A DNA stretch of 27,111 bases from Ilumatobacteraceae bacterium (GTDB lineage: Bacteria > Actinomycetota > Acidimicrobiia > Acidimicrobiales > Ilumatobacteraceae). This document shows, one piece after another, positions 24,712 through 27,111 of this stretch. The notes under the pieces are model-generated. The model made no database searches. It was not told where the DNA came from and worked only from the letters and a program-made list of their open reading frames with translations. The DNA lies in contig JBGTCW010000226.1 in NCBI GenBank assembly GCA_041748635.1, positions 1 to 27,111 on the forward strand, in the 5' to 3' direction. A program made the position numbers and the translations under genes. The first letter of the stretch is position 1. Each line of letters opens with the position of its first letter.

Positions 24712-25733
24712 CGTCCCTCCACGAGGTAGCGGAACACCGACTCGAGGTCGTCGTCGAGCGGCGACACCTCGGTCAGCCGCACGCCGAGCTCCACGCTCAA
24801 CGCCGCCACCTGCCGACCGAACGCGTCGACGTCGAGCGTGTCGACCATCACGTTGCGATCATCGATCGACAAGCCACTGACCAGGCCGCGTTCGACCAGC
24901 GCCGTCGCGAGCTTGCGCGGGTCGGAGGCAGCGAGACGAATCCGGTGGGCGCGGTCGTCCATCAGTTCGCGCAGATCGCGATAGTCGCCGCTCGCGACCA
25001 ACCGGCCCTGGGCGATCACCAACACTCTCGAGCCGATCTTGGCGACCTCGTCGAGAACATGGCTCGACACGAGCACGCAGCGACCCTCGTCGCCGAGCCG
25101 ATGGAACAACGAGATCATGTGCCGACGCTGCACGGGGTCGAGCCCGGTGAGCGGCTCGTCGAGGATCAGCACCTCGGGGTCGTTCACGAGTGCCGCAGCC
25201 ACCTTGACCCGCTGGCGCATCCCCTTGGAGAACTGTCCGACCGGCTTCGTCCCGACGTCGACGAGGTCGACGAGTTCCAGTGCGTGACGCCCGGCGGCGA
25301 GCGGATCAGCGACGCCGTGAGTTCGAGCGGCGAAGTCGAGGAACTCGCTGGCGCTGAGATGGTCGAACAGCGCATCCTGCTGGGGCACGAGGGAGATGCG
25401 CCCGCGGACATCACGATCGGTTCGCGGATCGGCACCCAGCACGGTGACGTCGCCCCGAGATGGTGGGGTCAGCCCGCACAGCATGCGGAACAGCGTCGAC
25501 TTGCCGGCACCGTTGGGGCCGAGCAGAGCGGTCACCCCCTCGTCGATGCCGAAGCTGACGTCGCTGACGGCCACTACCGAACCGAAGAACTTCGAGACCA
25601 CGTTCGCCGCGATCATCCCCCGGTGAGTGGGAACGCTCGGGAGACCCATCGCCCCAGCAACCACGCCCGGCGGCGGAAGCGGACTCGCCGGGGTGACGGG
25701 TACATCGGCGCTGGGAGGGGGAAGGCTGCTCAT
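24708..25733 (-). CDS. ABC transporter ATP-binding protein
   Basis: Walker A GPNGAGKST, signature FSKGMRQR, Walker B LILDEP and H-loop SSH. ATG 25733 overlaps the permease stop. Confidence 0.93.
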   Translation of the reverse strand: MSSLPPPSADVPVTPASPLPPPGVVAGAMGLPSVPTHRGMIAANVVSKFFGSVVAVSDVSFGIDEGVTALLGPNGAGKSTLFRMLCGLTPPSRGDVTVLGADPRTDRDVRGRISLVPQQDALFDHLSASEFLDFAARTHGVADPLAAGRHALELVDLVDVGTKPVGQFSKGMRQRVKVAAALVNDPEVLILDEPLTGLDPVQRRHMISLFHRLGDEGRCVLVSSHVLDEVAKIGSRVLVIAQGRLVASGDYRDLRELMDDRAHRIRLAASDPRKLATALVERGLVSGLSIDDRNVMVDTLDVDAFGRQVAALSVELGVRLTEVSPLDDDLESVFRYLVEGR

Positions 25734-26611
25734 CGGGCGATCACCAGCTTCGAGTACCGCCACCACACCACTGCGATCCCGCCGAACGTCCAGACGAGAT
25801 TGCTTGCAAGCACCGTCCACGTTGCGAGTTCAGGGAAGTTGCCGGGGTCCCCGAAGATTCGGAACACCAGCTCGAACGGCATGGTCGAGATGTCGATCAA
25901 CCGCCAGTTCGCCGAGAGATCAGCCCCTTCGACCAGCGCAGCCGCCAGGATGGGCGTGGCGAACAGCAGCAGCACGATGCCGATCGCAGCGAACGCCCGG
26001 CGGTCGGTCAGGCTGGATGCCGCCATCGAGACCGCGGCGAGCGCCGCGGAGATGGCGAGGCCTGACAGGACGATCCGTCCGAGCGTGGTCAGCCACCCGA
26101 CGAGACCGTCGGGCCCGGCGTTCTCGACGGTGTAACCGATCAACATCAGCACCGGCGGCAGCAAGGTGACGAGGCCGAGCATGGTGGCGACTGCAACTGC
26201 CTTGGCGACCAGGTACGTCCGCCGATCGAGCGGAGTCGACAGGTACATCGCGAGCATCCCGTTGCGGCGATCGGACACGAGCACCTCGGGGGCGACGAGG
26301 GCGGTGAACAACACGATCGCCAAGATGATGAAGCCGTAGTAGCCGGGATAGTCGGCGACTTCCTGCGGGTCGAGGATGTCGCCGGGGATCAAGACCGCGA
26401 TCCCGATGAACACCACCGCCGGCAGGTAGGCGATGACGATCGAGATGACGGGAAAGATCTTGTTGCGCGCTGGTCGACCGAGGCCGAGTGTCGAGCGGAT
26501 GCTCTCCCAACTGACGCTGCGGATCGCGCCGGCGACACCCGAGCGACGCCCTTCGTAGCGCTGGAATCCCCGCTCGACGATCTGTGCGTCTCCGCGCAGC
26601 GGCACGTTCAT
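25730..26611 (-). CDS. ABC exporter permease (ABC-2 type)
   Basis: Multiple TMs and APEVLVSDRRNGMLAMYLSTPLDRRTYLVAK. Confidence 0.88.
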   Translation of the reverse strand: MNVPLRGDAQIVERGFQRYEGRRSGVAGAIRSVSWESIRSTLGLGRPARNKIFPVISIVIAYLPAVVFIGIAVLIPGDILDPQEVADYPGYYGFIILAIVLFTALVAPEVLVSDRRNGMLAMYLSTPLDRRTYLVAKAVAVATMLGLVTLLPPVLMLIGYTVENAGPDGLVGWLTTLGRIVLSGLAISAALAAVSMAASSLTDRRAFAAIGIVLLLFATPILAAALVEGADLSANWRLIDISTMPFELVFRIFGDPGNFPELATWTVLASNLVWTFGGIAVVWWRYSKLVIAR

Positions 26612-27111
26612 GCCGCTCCCCGATCGATCGGTTCCGAGTCGGTGGCAAAGATGTCGTCGAGGGTGCGGCGATGATGGCCGAGGCGACGGATTCGAGCGCC
26701 GACGTCGGCGACGCTGCGCGCTGCGAGGTCGAACAGCGCGTCGTCGGCCAACCCGACGACCGACAGCGTCGCTCCATTTCGCCGAACACCGGCACCACCG
26801 GCGACGAGCCGTGCCACGACATCGTCGATCGAGCTCGGCCGGTCGACGATCTCCACCAGCTCCAGTTCGATTCCACCTGACGCCCCGGCCAGGTCGGTCA
26901 TCGAACCCTGCGCAATCAGCTTGCCCTCGGCCAATGCGACGACGTGATCGCAGACCCGCTCGACTTCCTCGAGCACGTGCGACGACAACATGACATCGAT
27001 CCCGAAGTTGCGATGGACCTGCACGATGATGCTCAGCATCTCGTCGCGCTGCACCGGGTCGAGTCCGTCCGTCGGCTCGTCGAGCACGATCAGTCTCGGG
27101 TCGGCGGCGAT
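26608..27111 (-). CDS. ABC transporter ATP-binding protein, C-terminal part (5' end outside window)
   Basis: Frame open from 27111: IAADPRLIVLDEPTDGLDP and MLSSHVLEEVERVCD. Confidence 0.88.
   Translation of the reverse strand: MAADPRLIVLDEPTDGLDPVQRDEMLSIIVQVHRNFGIDVMLSSHVLEEVERVCDHVVALAEGKLIAQGSMTDLAGASGGIELELVEIVDRPSSIDDVVARLVAGGAGVRRNGATLSVVGLADDALFDLAARSVADVGARIRRLGHHRRTLDDIFATDSEPIDRGAA

Noticed and set aside
23950-27111. Four-gene ATPase-permease-ATPase-permease ABC cluster as a novel system
   Set aside because: This is a common actinobacterial exporter layout; nothing atypical is visible and the substrate cannot be inferred.

Overview
High-GC bacterial chromosomal segment, almost certainly actinobacterial. 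The gene content, TANNNT leaderless promoters and U-less hairpin terminators support this; Acidimicrobiia/Ilumatobacter-like is my inference. I see no rRNA, tRNA, CRISPR, transposase or phage genes. Gene order: 3' part of a PPDK fused to a winged-helix plus helical domain (+); CtpE-like P-type ATPase (-); coiled-coil M23 peptidase (+); then a long minus-strand run (read right to left) of HemL-like class III aminotransferase, D-2-hydroxyacid dehydrogenase, complete mrpABCDEFG, a tiny acidic lipoprotein, and an SPFH plus 3-TM membrane protein pair. Next come nitronate monooxygenase-family, DUF808 and vapBC genes (+); an ECF sigma coupled to a tandem-VOC protein, a CmcJ/NvfI-family oxygenase and a frameshifted alpha/beta hydrolase (-); a MenJ-like geranylgeranyl reductase (+); and a four-gene ABC exporter (-, truncated by the window edge). 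The most notable observations are: (1) the PPDK-regulator-like fusion lacking the regulatory Thr; (2) an ECF sigma with a VOC partner carrying an anti-sigma-like N-terminus, behind a leader containing an ECF-type promoter, a repeat hairpin and a four-tract G-quadruplex motif; (3) a dispersed 52-bp palindromic intergenic repeat in three copies; (4) a 68-aa hyperacidic lipoprotein with a SigF/SigB-type promoter and its own terminator. All motif calls and identity counts were made by eye.
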